Below are positions 1-9,625 of a stretch of 64,000 bases of DNA, in pieces. A model generated the notes under the pieces. That model ran no database searches, was not told where the DNA came from, and was given only the letters and a program-made list of their open reading frames with translations. The stretch is from Candidatus Moraniibacteriota bacterium (GTDB lineage Bacteria > Patescibacteriota > Minisyncoccia > Moranbacterales > UBA2206), in NCBI GenBank assembly GCA_030645735.1, contig JAUSNP010000001.1, forward strand, positions 7,502 to 71,501. The letters are read 5' to 3'. Positions within the stretch are counted from its first letter, which is position 1; every line of letters starts with the position of its first letter. The position numbers and the translations under genes were made by a program.

Positions 1-2
1 AA

Positions 3-3000
3 GTTGAGACCCCAATTGTGGAAACTGAAGTGGTTGTCCAAAAAGCAGAGTCTGTTACGGAAGCTCCAATTGTGGAAGAGACCCCTGCTGTAGTCGAAGA
101 TGTGACTGCGTCTATTGAAGAAAATTCAACGAACACTGTTTCAGAAGAGCAACCAGCATCAGTTGTGGAAACAGAAGTAATCGACGATACAGCAACTTCA
201 GAAGTTGCTCCTGTTAGCCCAGTTGTTGTGTCAGAAGCGCCAAAAGAAATTTGGGCAAAAGATGGCGACAAGGCCGTGACCAAAGAAAATGTTGAACTTG
301 GGAAAACATATGTAGCGCCACAAAATAAAGATGTGACCGTGACTTTCACCAAGCTTCCAGAAACTTCTGGCAAACTTTCGATTGAAGAAATAACTTTGAC
401 CAATGAGCAAGTTGCAACTCTTGGCGCACTTTCCAACAAAGCCTATGACATAACTTCAACTATGGAGAATGGAACCTTTGAATATGATTTGACCATGCCA
501 AAAGTTGTAAACAAAGCATCGGGGATTTCATATATTGAAAAATCAGCAGATGAAGTTGATTCAATTAAAAAAGAAGAAATCAAGTCAATTGAAGAAAATG
601 TCACAACGACAAAAGACAATATCAAGGCCGAAGATGTTGATCATTTTACAATTTTTGTTGTAGTTGAATGGAATTTTCCTGATACTCCTGGTGATGCAGT
701 TGCAGATGGAGGAGTTGCGATGAATGCAACCGCGACCGTAACAGTACAAGGAGGATCAACAATAACAGGATATGGAGCAGTTGGTGCAACAACATACTCA
801 GCCAGGGCAAATGACTGGAACAGCGGATCTGGAATAAAATTTTGGAGAATAATGTTTGATTCTACAGGATTTAAAAATTTGAAAATTTCATCAAAACAAA
901 GAAGTTCAGCTACTGGACCAAGAGATTTTAAAATGCAATACAAAATAGGTGCGGGAGGAACATGGACGGATTTCGGTCCAAGCAGTATCACAGTAGCAGA
1001 TAATTTCTCAGGTGGAGCTGTTAGTGATATTTCGCTACCTTCAGATGCAGACAATCAACCTGATGTAAGAGTGAGATGGATCATGACTTCCAATACCGCA
1101 GTTAATGGATCACCGGTGGCAGCTGGAGGTGCTAGTAATGTAGATGACATTATTGTAACTGGAGATGATGATATGACTCCGCCGACTTTGAATCTTCCTG
1201 CAGATATAACAGCTGAAGCAACTAGTTCAAGTGGAGCTACAGTTTCTTTTTCTGCAACTGCTGATGATTTAGCTCCAGCCCATCCGATTGTAACATGCAT
1301 TTCTCCGTCAGGCTCAATATTTTCATTTGGAACAACAGTTGTAAATTGTAGCGCAACTGATGCTACAGGGAATGTTGCGAATGGATCGTTCAATATTACT
1401 ATTCAAGACACAACTGCACCGACTGTTCCGGTAAATGGTGTTCCGAACGCAACTCACATTCCAATGAATAATTTTGATTTTGATTGGGATGATTCATTTG
1501 ATGCATCGACTGTGACATATGAATATCAAGCAACAATGGATCCAACTGAAGTTGGAGGAGTTTTGACAAATGGTCTTTGGAATTCTGGAATTTTGCCAGC
1601 GTCAACAATTCACTCTGCTGGAGCACCTGACGGAACTTGGTATTGGCAAGTTCGTGCGATTGATTCGCTTGGGCAGACAAGTGCCTGGAGTTCAATTTGG
1701 GATGTTACGCTCGATACCCAAGCTCCAGTAATAACTTTGGATGGTGCCAATCCACAAATTATTGAAGGTGGGACAGGTTCAGTATATACAGAGTTGGGAG
1801 CAACCGTTAGTGACAATATTGATTCAGGGCTGACTGCGACAATTGATGCTTCAGCTGTGAACACAATGGCAGTTGGTTCATATCTAGTGACATACAATGT
1901 TTCTGATCAGGCAGGAAATGCTGCCACTCAAGTGACCAGAACAGTGAATGTTGTTGATACCACTGCACCGGTGATTAGTGGAGTGACAAATCAAACTGTT
2001 GAAATGGACAGTGTTTCAGGTGCGATTGTGACCTACGGCATTACTGCTGTGGATGCAATGGACGGACCATTGCCAGTTAATTGTGTGCCAGTTTCAGGTT
2101 CAGTTTTCTCTTATGGAACAAGTTCGGCAATTTGCAGTGCGACTGATGCTGATGGAAACAATGCAACTGCATCATTCAATGTGACAGTCGTGGACACGAC
2201 CGGGCCAATAGATGTTTCAATTGCATATTCTCCGATTGATTTTTCAAACACATCATCAGTGGATGTTACATATTCAATTGGTTCTGATTTTTCTGCTCTT
2301 AATTTGGCAACAGGAAGAATTCAAAAAAGAACTGGAGATGTTTCTGGTTCAGCCTGTGTGAATTGGGGGACTTGGACAAATCTTGTTTATGAAACAGATG
2401 GAAGTTATACAGACAGTTCTATTGCAGATGGAAAATGTTATCGCTATCGCTATGCAATCAAAGATAATGTCGGCAATCAAAGTATTAGCGTGGTGGCAGG
2501 CACAGTGAAAATTGATCAGTCTGCCCCAGTCATTAGTGGCTTTGGTGATATCGTCATTGAAGCAACAAATCCAGCCGGAGATGTGGCAAATTTCAATCCG
2601 ACAGCGGTGGACAATGTAGATGGAAGTGTGTCTGTTGTTTGCGTACCTGTTGCTGGTTCAGTTTTTGCAATCGGAACGACCACCGTGTCTTGCGAAGCTG
2701 AAGATTCTTTAGGCAATAAATCAATCGAAACATTTGTAGTCACAGTGCAAGACACAACGGCACCGACAATTGATAATGTTTCAGATATAATCGAAGAAGC
2801 TACTAGCCCAGCGGGAGCAGCGGCAACATTTGTTGAACCGATGTCTCACGATGCTGTTGATGGTGATTTGATTGCGACTTGCGATGCAGTTTCAGGCGCG
2901 ACATTCGCCTTGGGCGTAACAATTGTTACCTGCACAAAAACAGACTCAGCCGGAAACGTAGCAACTCCAGAAACATTTACCATAACAGTTCAAGATACAA

Positions 3001-5186
3001 CGGCGCCGGTCATCGCGCTCAATGGTGATAATCCGCAAACAGTCGAAAGAAAAGAGGCCTATGTCGAAGCTGGTGCAAATGTGACTGACAATTATGACAC
3101 AGCATTAGTTGTGACAATTGATGCCTCAGCTGTGGATGTGAATGTGGCGGGCACATATTCGGTATATTATGATGTTACTGATACGGCAGGAAATCCAGCT
3201 GTTCAAGTTGTACGAACAGTGAATGTGACTGATACTATTGATCCAGTGGTGACTTTTGATGACGAGACAAATCCGGCAGATGGATTGCTAACATCGAATG
3301 CCAATCAGACATTTGCAATTACCGTGGATGAAGATGTGGCAACTTGCCAATTGAATTTTGGAGCATCAACTGTGACAACAGCCACCTCTCAAATAACCTG
3401 GAATCATAGCTTCCCAGAAGACACCAATGGATCTTGGCATTTTTATTCACCAGCTGGAACAGATTATGCTTTTCCAGATCGATATGCTAACGCTGGTCCA
3501 GGAGGAAATTCATGGGTTGCGCCAGTCGTGTATGATATGAGCTCAGCCTTTGCCGGAGAGCAGATGGGTGGAACCTGGCAACTATTGATGAATGACCATG
3601 TGGGTTGGGATAGTGGCGCGATTACAAATGTAGATTTGATTTTGAATGGTCAGAATTATTCATGGAACGGTTGGGCAGGGATTTGGGATTACAGCACTAC
3701 AACTGTAGACATCCCTGTCGCCGGAGGTAGCGGTGGGCCATCGAGTGGCGTGTATGATATGACAGTTGTTCATGATGGCGATTCTGCCACAGCCTCAGTG
3801 AATCTACCTGCAATTAGTGATGGCGTGTATGAATATACGGTGACTTGCTCTGATTTGAGTGATAATGAGGGGACATCAGAAATTAGAGATATCACAATAG
3901 ACACGACTGCGCCTAGCCTTTCAGCCAAAACAACATTTGAAGGCTGGTATAATACAGACCAAACTTCGGTATTTAATTACATGGACATAAATGGAATCGC
4001 ATCGGGTGATAATCCGGAATGTATTATTTCAACGGAAGGTGTGGGACAAACGTGTTCAGTTGTTCCGAATGTTTGTGATGTTGTCGGAAATTGCAATACT
4101 GACGAGGTGGTTTCAAACGGTGCTGACATTGATAAATCCAATCCGGAAGTAAGTGCCGGGATGGACAAACAAACAAACGCAGAATTTATGCAAGACGCCA
4201 CTGCCTCAGATTCAATAAGCGGAATTGCTACATATGCATGGACACAAGAATCTGGGCCGGGGAGTGTGACATTCGGAGCTTTTGATGCAGAAGATTCTAC
4301 GGTTTCAGCTGATGTTGACGGAACCTATGTTATTAGATTGACGGTGACTGACAATGCTGGCAATTCGTCTTTTGATGAATTCACCTTGATTTGGGACACG
4401 ACAAAGCCGGTCATAACTCGCACAGGGAATGATCCAATTATCATTGAATATGCTGGAACATATACTGAGCAAGGAGCGACTTGGACTGATGTTATCGATG
4501 GCGCTGGAAACGCGACAGTCGGCGGTGACACAGTCGACACGTCAGCTCTAGGCACTTATATTGTAACCTATGATTATACTGATGTAGCTGGCAATTCAGC
4601 TGAGCAGGTTACACGCACAGTCAAGATTGTTGACACAACTGCTCCAGTAGTGACTCTAAATGGTGGTGATGTATCTTTCAGACGCGGACACACTTATCAT
4701 GAACAAGGAGCGACTTGGACAGATAATGTAGATGGCAGTGGTAATGTTGTGACCATAACTGGAACAGTTAATGAAAATAGAAGAGGTACTTATTATCTGA
4801 CCTATTCATATATTGATTCGTCAGGCAATGAGAGCTCAATAGTCAGAAAAATAGTGGTTAAAAAACAAAGCGCCAATGACAACGGTGGCGGTGATGGAGG
4901 AAACAACGCTGATGACACTCAAGGCATAGCTGGTCCATCCATAGGTGGCGGAGCTGGCGCTGATGAAGAAACAACTACTGGCGAAAATGCTGGAGAGGAA
5001 AGCATAGAGAATGCTGGCACTGAAAATGGCGGACAACCGGAAGTCAAGGGTGCGGAAAGCGGGCAGGTTTTGGGTGAAGAAATATCAGCTGAAGAAGATG
5101 GCTTCTGGAATTTCAGTTGGTGGTGGTTGTTAATATTTGTACTGGCTGGGCTTGGACTATATCGCATAACTAGGCGAAAAATATAG
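3..5186 (+). CDS. Giant membrane-anchored surface protein with HYR and DUF5011/Ig-like repeats (5' end probably outside window)
   Basis: Repeated DTTAPxI..V.C..SGS.F..GTT.V.C.A.D..GN (HYR-like) and Y.E.GA.V.DN.D..VD....G.Y.V.Y.V.D.AGN (DUF5011-like) units; acidic linker; C-terminal TM helix WWWLLIFVLAGLGLY plus basic tail. Frame is open from base 3. Confidence 0.85.
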   Translation, partial: VETPIVETEVVVQKAESVTEAPIVEETPAVVEDVTASIEENSTNTVSEEQPASVVETEVIDDTATSEVAPVSPVVVSEAPKEIWAKDGDKAVTKENVELGKTYVAPQNKDVTVTFTKLPETSGKLSIEEITLTNEQVATLGALSNKAYDITSTMENGTFEYDLTMPKVVNKASGISYIEKSADEVDSIKKEEIKSIEENVTTTKDNIKAEDVDHFTIFVVVEWNFPDTPGDAVADGGVAMNATATVTVQGGSTITGYGAVGATTYSARANDWNSGSGIKFWRIMFDSTGFKNLKISSKQRSSATGPRDFKMQYKIGAGGTWTDFGPSSITVADNFSGGAVSDISLPSDADNQPDVRVRWIMTSNTAVNGSPVAAGGASNVDDIIVTGDDDMTPPTLNLPADITAEATSSSGATVSFSATADDLAPAHPIVTCISPSGSIFSFGTTVVNCSATDATGNVANGSFNITIQDTTAPTVPVNGVPNATHIPMNNFDFDWDDSFDASTVTYEYQATMDPTEVGGVLTNGLWNSGILPASTIHSAGAPDGTWYWQVRAIDSLGQTSAWSSIWDVTLDTQAPVITLDGANPQIIEGGTGSVYTELGATVSDNIDSGLTATIDASAVNTMAVGSYLVTYNVSDQAGNAATQVTRTVNVVDTTAPVISGVTNQTVEMDSVSGAIVTYGITAVDAMDGPLPVNCVPVSGSVFSYGTSSAICSATDADGNNATASFNVTVVDTTGPIDVSIAYSPIDFSNTSSVDVTYSIGSDFSALNLATGRIQKRTGDVSGSACVNWGTWTNLVYETDGSYTDSSIADGKCYRYRYAIKDNVGNQSISVVAGTVKIDQSAPVISGFGDIVIEATNPAGDVANFNPTAVDNVDGSVSVVCVPVAGSVFAIGTTTVSCEAEDSLGNKSIETFVVTVQDTTAPTIDNVSDIIEEATSPAGAAATFVEPMSHDAVDGDLIATCDAVSGATFALGVTIVTCTKTDSAGNVATPETFTITVQDTTAPVIALNGDNPQTVERKEAYVEAGANVTDNYDTALVVTIDASAVDVNVAGTYSVYYDVTDTAGNPAVQVVRTVNVTDTIDPVVTFDDETNPADGLLTSNANQTFAITVDEDVATCQLNFGASTVTTATSQITWNHSFPEDTNGSWHFYSPAGTDYAFPDRYANAGPGGNSWVAPVVYDMSSAFAGEQMGGTWQLLMNDHVGWDSGAITNVDLILNGQNYSWNGWAGIWDYSTTTVDIPVAGGSGGPSSGVYDMTVVHDGDSATASVNLPAISDGVYEYTVTCSDLSDNEGTSEIRDITIDTTAPSLSAKTTFEGWYNTDQTSVFNYMDINGIASGDNPECIISTEGVGQTCSVVPNVCDVVGNCNTDEVVSNGADIDKSNPEVSAGMDKQTNAEFMQDATASDSISGIATYAWTQESGPGSVTFGAFDAEDSTVSADVDGTYVIRLTVTDNAGNSSFDEFTLIWDTTKPVITRTGNDPIIIEYAGTYTEQGATWTDVIDGAGNATVGGDTVDTSALGTYIVTYDYTDVAGNSAEQVTRTVKIVDTTAPVVTLNGGDVSFRRGHTYHEQGATWTDNVDGSGNVVTITGTVNENRRGTYYLTYSYIDSSGNESSIVRKIVVKKQSANDNGGGDGGNNADDTQGIAGPSIGGGAGADEETTTGENAGEESIENAGTENGGQPEVKGAESGQVLGEEISAEEDGFWNFSWWWLLIFVLAGLGLYRITRRKI

Positions 5187-5208
5187 TATAAATAAGCCTC
5201 AGAATAGC

Positions 5209-5235
5209 AAAAACCGGATCTTGATCCGGTTTTTT
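5209..5235 (+). terminator. Intrinsic terminator
   Basis: AAAAACCGGATC-TT-GATCCGGTTTTTT hairpin with U tract. Confidence 0.85.
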
Positions 5236-5304
5236 CTTTGGGTCGTTTCGAGGCTGATCATAGCCAAAAAATGACTTTTTGGCTTAAATAGGGCATTTTA
5301 CCAA

Positions 5305-5333
5305 TTGACAGGGTTTTGGGATTTTGCTATGAT
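5305..5333 (+). promoter_or_regulatory. Sigma70-type promoter
   Basis: TTGACA, 17 nt, TATGAT with TG extension. Confidence 0.75.
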
Positions 5334-5390
5334 GGATAGCGTCGTTCAAAAACCGAACACCAAAATCAAAAAGGGGACTGTAATTCTAAA

Positions 5391-6116
5391 TTGACGACAA
5401 TAAACATTATGGTTGATCCACTGCCGAGTCTCAAGCAATTGAGAGACATCTATGCAAAGATAGATACGGTCAAGAAGAATCACATCAAATTAACTATAAC
5501 TATTCTCATGCTGAGCATGGGGCTATTTTTTTACTTCGTGTCTGACAATCAGGCCTTGGCTCGCAAGAATGAAGAGCCTTTGAAAGTTGCGCCAGAAACC
5601 ATTGATCCATTGTATAAAATTGGCAAAGGCTTGCAAATGGTTGAGTGTGCCAAGAATAGTTCTTGTGCCAAAGAAATTTTGGTTCCAACTCATGTCGAAG
5701 AAGCTGATGATTCAATCTTGGCTGAAACCGTAGGAGACTCTCCAATGGCTGAGATGGTGCCAGCTTTGAAACAACGAAGCAAAGAAGTGTCAGCCTATCT
5801 AGTAGCGATTGCCAAGAAAGAAAGCGACTGGGGCAAGCATTCACCAAAGAAGGGTGGCGAAGACTGTTTCAACTATTGGGGTTATCGTGGCAAAGAAAAC
5901 ACGACCGACTCAGGCTATAGCTGTTTTGATTCGCCGAGCCATGCCGTTGAGGTAGTTGGCAACAGAATTGAGAAACTCATGGATCAGAACATCAAAACAC
6001 CAGCACAAATGGTAGTTTGGAAATGCGGAAGAGATTGTGAAGCCGCTGGCGGACAAGCCGCAGCTAACAAGTGGATTGCTGACGTGGCAAAATATTATAA
6101 TAAGTTAAATTCTTAA
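5391..6116 (+). CDS. Membrane-anchored protein with putative lysozyme/glucosaminidase-like domain
   Basis: N-terminal TM helix; YLVAIAKKESDWG..NYWG resembles lysozyme-fold muramidase motifs; start codon uncertain. Confidence 0.5.
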   Translation: MTTINIMVDPLPSLKQLRDIYAKIDTVKKNHIKLTITILMLSMGLFFYFVSDNQALARKNEEPLKVAPETIDPLYKIGKGLQMVECAKNSSCAKEILVPTHVEEADDSILAETVGDSPMAEMVPALKQRSKEVSAYLVAIAKKESDWGKHSPKKGGEDCFNYWGYRGKENTTDSGYSCFDSPSHAVEVVGNRIEKLMDQNIKTPAQMVVWKCGRDCEAAGGQAAANKWIADVAKYYNKLNS

Positions 6117-6126
6117 AAACAAAAAT

Positions 6127-6474
6127 ATGGCTATACAAAATATTAATGGCAAGGAACTAAAAAAGATGTTGGATGTGAATCCAGCTGAATTGGAAATTAT
6201 TGATGTACGTGAGCAGGATGAATATGACTTGATCAAGATCAAAGGTTCGAAGCTGATTCCATTGTCTGAAATTGGACCTAGAATCAACGAAATTGATTGG
6301 AGCAAGAAAGTTGTCTTGGTTTGTCGCAGCGGATCTCGCAGTGGCTACATTGCTCAAATGCTGGCCGCGCATGGCAAAGACACGATCAACCTAGCTGGTG
6401 GCATCTATGAACTGAACTTAGACAAATGTGATTGTCTGGAAAAAGAGCCAGATTGTTGCGGAGGATACTTCTAG
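6127..6474 (+). CDS. Rhodanese-like domain protein
   Basis: IIDVRE..EY..I.GS..IPL, active-site VCRSGSRS, NLAGG. Confidence 0.9.
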   Translation: MAIQNINGKELKKMLDVNPAELEIIDVREQDEYDLIKIKGSKLIPLSEIGPRINEIDWSKKVVLVCRSGSRSGYIAQMLAAHGKDTINLAGGIYELNLDKCDCLEKEPDCCGGYF

Positions 6475-6510
6475 AGTCGAAAGTCCGTAAAGTTTATAAA
6501 GTCTATAAAG
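6475..6510 (+). repeat. Tandem 9-mer array (AAAGTYYRT)
   Basis: aaagtccgt aaagtttat aaagtctat aaag. Confidence 0.7.
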
Positions 6511-6534
6511 AAGCGGTTGAGGCCGCTTTTTTTT
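6511..6534 (+). terminator. Intrinsic terminator
   Basis: AAGCGG-ttgagg-CCGCTT followed by T tract. Confidence 0.7.
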
Positions 6535-6583
6535 GTGGCTTTTCTAGTGTAAAATAGAGGTATAACTATTTAAATACAAAATT

Positions 6584-6856
6584 GTGAATATTGGTCCATT
6601 TGAGATTATGCTTATAGCTTCAACTATGCTTGAGTTTAATCCTTTATTTCAAGCAATTAAAATTATTAAAACTAAGGAGTCAAAGGATGTTTCTGTTTTG
6701 ACATATGCCGCAATCCTAGTTATTGGGGTTATGTGGCTTGTCTATGGTATAAAAATTGGAAGCCTACCGCTAATCATAGGAAATTCGATAAAATTATTTG
6801 CAAGTTTGTGTGTAGTTATCATTTATTTCTCATATAAAAATAAGAACAATAAATAA
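6584..6856 (+). CDS. SemiSWEET/PQ-loop family sugar transporter
   Basis: 90 aa, three TM helices, Q..KI.KTK.SKDVS and WLVYG..I...P.I.GN motifs. Confidence 0.8.
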   Translation: MNIGPFEIMLIASTMLEFNPLFQAIKIIKTKESKDVSVLTYAAILVIGVMWLVYGIKIGSLPLIIGNSIKLFASLCVVIIYFSYKNKNNK

Positions 6857-6857
6857 T

Positions 6858-8132
6858 ATGAATAAATTTCCAGACGGGTTTTTGTGGGGAGCGGCGACTT
6901 CCGGGCATCAAGTTGAGGGCAACACCAACAATGATTGGGTTCAGTGGGAGAAGGACAATGCAGAAAGGATTGCTGGAGAAGCTGGCAAGAAGTGGGAGAA
7001 GTGGCAGCAAGAAAAATTTCCAGAAATGTTCACAGTAGAAAATTATATTTCTGGTAACGCTTGCGATCAATACAATCGATATGAGGAAGATTTTGACTTG
7101 GCGAAGGCTGGCGGTCACAATGCTCACCGATTGTCTTTGGAATGGTCAAGAATTGAACCGAAAGAAGGCGAATTTAGCGCAGAGGGAATTGAACATTATC
7201 GAAAAGTTTTGACAGCTTTACGTGAGAGGGGCTTGGAACCATTTGTAACATTGTGGCATTGGACTGATCCAATTTGGGTCGGAGAGATGGGCGCTTGGGG
7301 CAATAAAGAAACAGTTAAATATTTCCATAGATATGCTGAGCGGGTTTTCAATGAATATAAAGATTTAGTAACATTTTGGATGCCACTCAATGAACCAAAT
7401 ACCGAAGTGTCATTAGGTTATATGTTTGGCAATCAACCGCCAGGAATCAAAAGTAAACTTGCGGCCAACACCGCTTTCAAAAATTTGATGCAAGTTCAGA
7501 AAGATATCTATCAGGTTGCCAAGGCAGTCTCACCGGATTTTCAAATTGGCTGTTCGCATTTTATGTTCGATATAAAATCCCACAATCGCCTGCCATGGAA
7601 TGTTTTGGCGACTAAGATTATGGATTATTTCGCCAACTATAGATTTTTCAAAGCTTTCAATGATTCTTGTGATTTTTTTGGTATCCAATATTATCAATCA
7701 TTTCATGTCAATTTCAGAATAGGTGGAAAATTCTTTGGACTTTTTGAAAATAAAGAAGTTTCAGAAAAAAGAAGTGATTTGGGTTGGCAGATTTATCCAG
7801 AAGGAATTTATAATGTTTTGAAAAAGGCCGCTAAAAATGGCAAGCCAATTTATATAACTGAAAACGGACTGGCTGATGCAACTGATACCTATCGAGCAGA
7901 ATTTATCCAGGAGCATTTGAAATATGTGCAAAAAGCAATCGCTGATGGCGTGGATATTCGTGGTTATTTCCATTGGTCACTAATAGACAACTTTGAATTT
8001 GTAGAAATGCGTGGTTTCTGGCCACGCTTTGGCCTAATCGAAATCGACTACAAAACGTTAGAGAGAAAGCCAAGGAAGAGCTTTTATGTTTACAAAGAGA
8101 TAATTGAGAATAATGGGATAAAAGGGGAATAA
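6858..8132 (+). CDS. Glycoside hydrolase family 1 (beta-glucosidase)
   Basis: FP.GFLWGAATS.HQVEG, acid/base LNEP, nucleophile ITENG, WSLIDNFE. Confidence 0.95.
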   Translation: MNKFPDGFLWGAATSGHQVEGNTNNDWVQWEKDNAERIAGEAGKKWEKWQQEKFPEMFTVENYISGNACDQYNRYEEDFDLAKAGGHNAHRLSLEWSRIEPKEGEFSAEGIEHYRKVLTALRERGLEPFVTLWHWTDPIWVGEMGAWGNKETVKYFHRYAERVFNEYKDLVTFWMPLNEPNTEVSLGYMFGNQPPGIKSKLAANTAFKNLMQVQKDIYQVAKAVSPDFQIGCSHFMFDIKSHNRLPWNVLATKIMDYFANYRFFKAFNDSCDFFGIQYYQSFHVNFRIGGKFFGLFENKEVSEKRSDLGWQIYPEGIYNVLKKAAKNGKPIYITENGLADATDTYRAEFIQEHLKYVQKAIADGVDIRGYFHWSLIDNFEFVEMRGFWPRFGLIEIDYKTLERKPRKSFYVYKEIIENNGIKGE

Positions 8133-8229
8133 AGGGAGGAAAGGGCTAATACCTATTTCAATATTCCCTTTGCATCCCGTTACAACTTCCCTTTAATCCC
8201 ATCGAACTCACCCCTTATATATCCCATTT
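8112..8229. repeat. Inverted G-rich/C-rich 9-mer arrays upstream of the four-helix-bundle gene
   Basis: atgggataaaaggggaataaagggag... followed by ...ttcccttt...ttccctttaatccc...cccctt. Confidence 0.7.
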
Positions 8230-8243
8230 AATTTACAAAAACT

Positions 8244-8981
8244 ATGCTTAAGCCTTCGCGCCAACCCTATGGATTCAAAAATCTGTTGGCTTATAAAAAA
8301 GCCGAGGAGTTGCAAATGGGATGTTCGCTGGTCACGGCGCAGTTTCCGAAATATAAAACTTTGATTGCCCTGGCTGACCAGATGGATCGTTCGGCGCGTT
8401 CGGGCAAACAAAATATTGTTGAGGGTTGGAAAAGAAATTCGACCAAGGAGTATTATGATTTCCTAGGTTTCTCTATCGGTGCCAACACGGAATTGGAAGA
8501 AGATTGCAATGATATTTGGCGCGGAGTTTATCCAGATCTAATAGGGATAACGGGGGTAATGGGAGAAAAGGGAAAAATGGGAGGAGATGAAATGGGGGAA
8601 ATGGGTGAAGGGGGAAAAATAAAAAGGGATGAAATCAGTATAACGAGAGAAAAGGGGAATGGGGTATCCCTTTCAACCCCTTTTGACCCTTTAATCCCTT
8701 TGGATATCGAAAAAATCCCCTTTTATCCCCTTAATAAAAACTTGCCGCCCATTATCCAATTAAAACTGCGTTGCAAGGAGCTCAATTATTTGTTGAATCA
8801 ACTACAAAAATCGTTGGAAGCCAAAATGTTGCAAGAAAAAACTTTGTCGGGCGGTGACATCGCTAGAAATTATTTGCAAGCGATAGATAAAAATAAAAAA
8901 CAAGACGATATTTTTTTAGAACAATATGGATTTGTGCGTCTTGAAAACGGACAAGTTATTGCAAAAAATCAAGATGGATAA
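8244..8981 (+). CDS. Four-helix-bundle protein (23S rRNA IVS protein/Avd-like) with an internal repeat-encoded insert
   Basis: F.NLLAYKKA..DQM.RSARSGKQNIVEG..FL.FS.GA..ELEED; residues about 100-165 are encoded by inverted 9-mer arrays. Confidence 0.85.
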   Translation: MLKPSRQPYGFKNLLAYKKAEELQMGCSLVTAQFPKYKTLIALADQMDRSARSGKQNIVEGWKRNSTKEYYDFLGFSIGANTELEEDCNDIWRGVYPDLIGITGVMGEKGKMGGDEMGEMGEGGKIKRDEISITREKGNGVSLSTPFDPLIPLDIEKIPFYPLNKNLPPIIQLKLRCKELNYLLNQLQKSLEAKMLQEKTLSGGDIARNYLQAIDKNKKQDDIFLEQYGFVRLENGQVIAKNQDG

Positions 8982-9534
8982 AAGAAAAATAAACATCAAT
9001 GGTAAAGACATTGAATATGTCTTCAAGCGAACCAAGGGCTCTAAGAGCGTGAAGTTGGCAGTTTATGCTGATGGGCGCTTTGTCGTTTCGGCGCCAAAAT
9101 GGTATCCTATGTATATAGTTAAAAAGTTTATTGAAGAAAAGTCACAGTGGATTTTTGAGCGCGTGAAGGACATTGATTTTGACCTGATTGGTCAGAAACA
9201 AAAAGCAGAAAGCGCGGATTATAAAAAATCAGTGAAGTTGGCGCGAGCCATCATTCATGCGCGATTGGAATTTTTCAACTGTCATTACAATTTTCAGTAT
9301 AATCGTGTGGCGATCAAGAATCAGAAGACCTGTTGGGGGAGTTGTAGCCAGAAAGCCAATTTGAATTTCAACTATAAGATTATCAATTTGCCGGACGAGA
9401 TGCGTGACTATGTGATTGTGCATGAGCTGTGTCATTTGCAAGAATTGAATCACAGTAAAAGATTTTGGAATCTAGTTTCGCAGACCGTGCCGAATTATCG
9501 AACTTTGCGAAGAAAATTAACAGAAATAAAATAA
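8974..9534 (+). CDS. YgjP/DUF45-like M48 family metalloprotein
   Basis: KNQKT.WGSCS, DYVIVHELCHL.E.NHS..FW; start moved to ATG 8974. Confidence 0.9.
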   Translation: MDKRKININGKDIEYVFKRTKGSKSVKLAVYADGRFVVSAPKWYPMYIVKKFIEEKSQWIFERVKDIDFDLIGQKQKAESADYKKSVKLARAIIHARLEFFNCHYNFQYNRVAIKNQKTCWGSCSQKANLNFNYKIINLPDEMRDYVIVHELCHLQELNHSKRFWNLVSQTVPNYRTLRRKLTEIK

Positions 9535-9542
9535 TAAAAAAT

Positions 9543-9615
9543 TGTCATTCCCGTGGAAACGGGAATCTAGTATCTAAGCTTTGTGACTAGATTCCGGCTC
9601 AAGGCCGGAACGACA
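9543..9615. mobile_element. Palindromic REP/MITE-like element (GTCATTCCCG type), copy 1
   Basis: TGTCATTCCCGTGGAAACGGGAATCTAG...CTAGATTCCGGCTCAAGGCCGGAACGACA; related copy at 12480. Confidence 0.8.
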
Positions 9616-9625
9616 TAAAACAAAT

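Noticed and set aside
8244-8981. Complete DGR cassette around the Avd-like gene
   Set aside because: No reverse transcriptase or AAC-rich template repeat is visible nearby or elsewhere in the window
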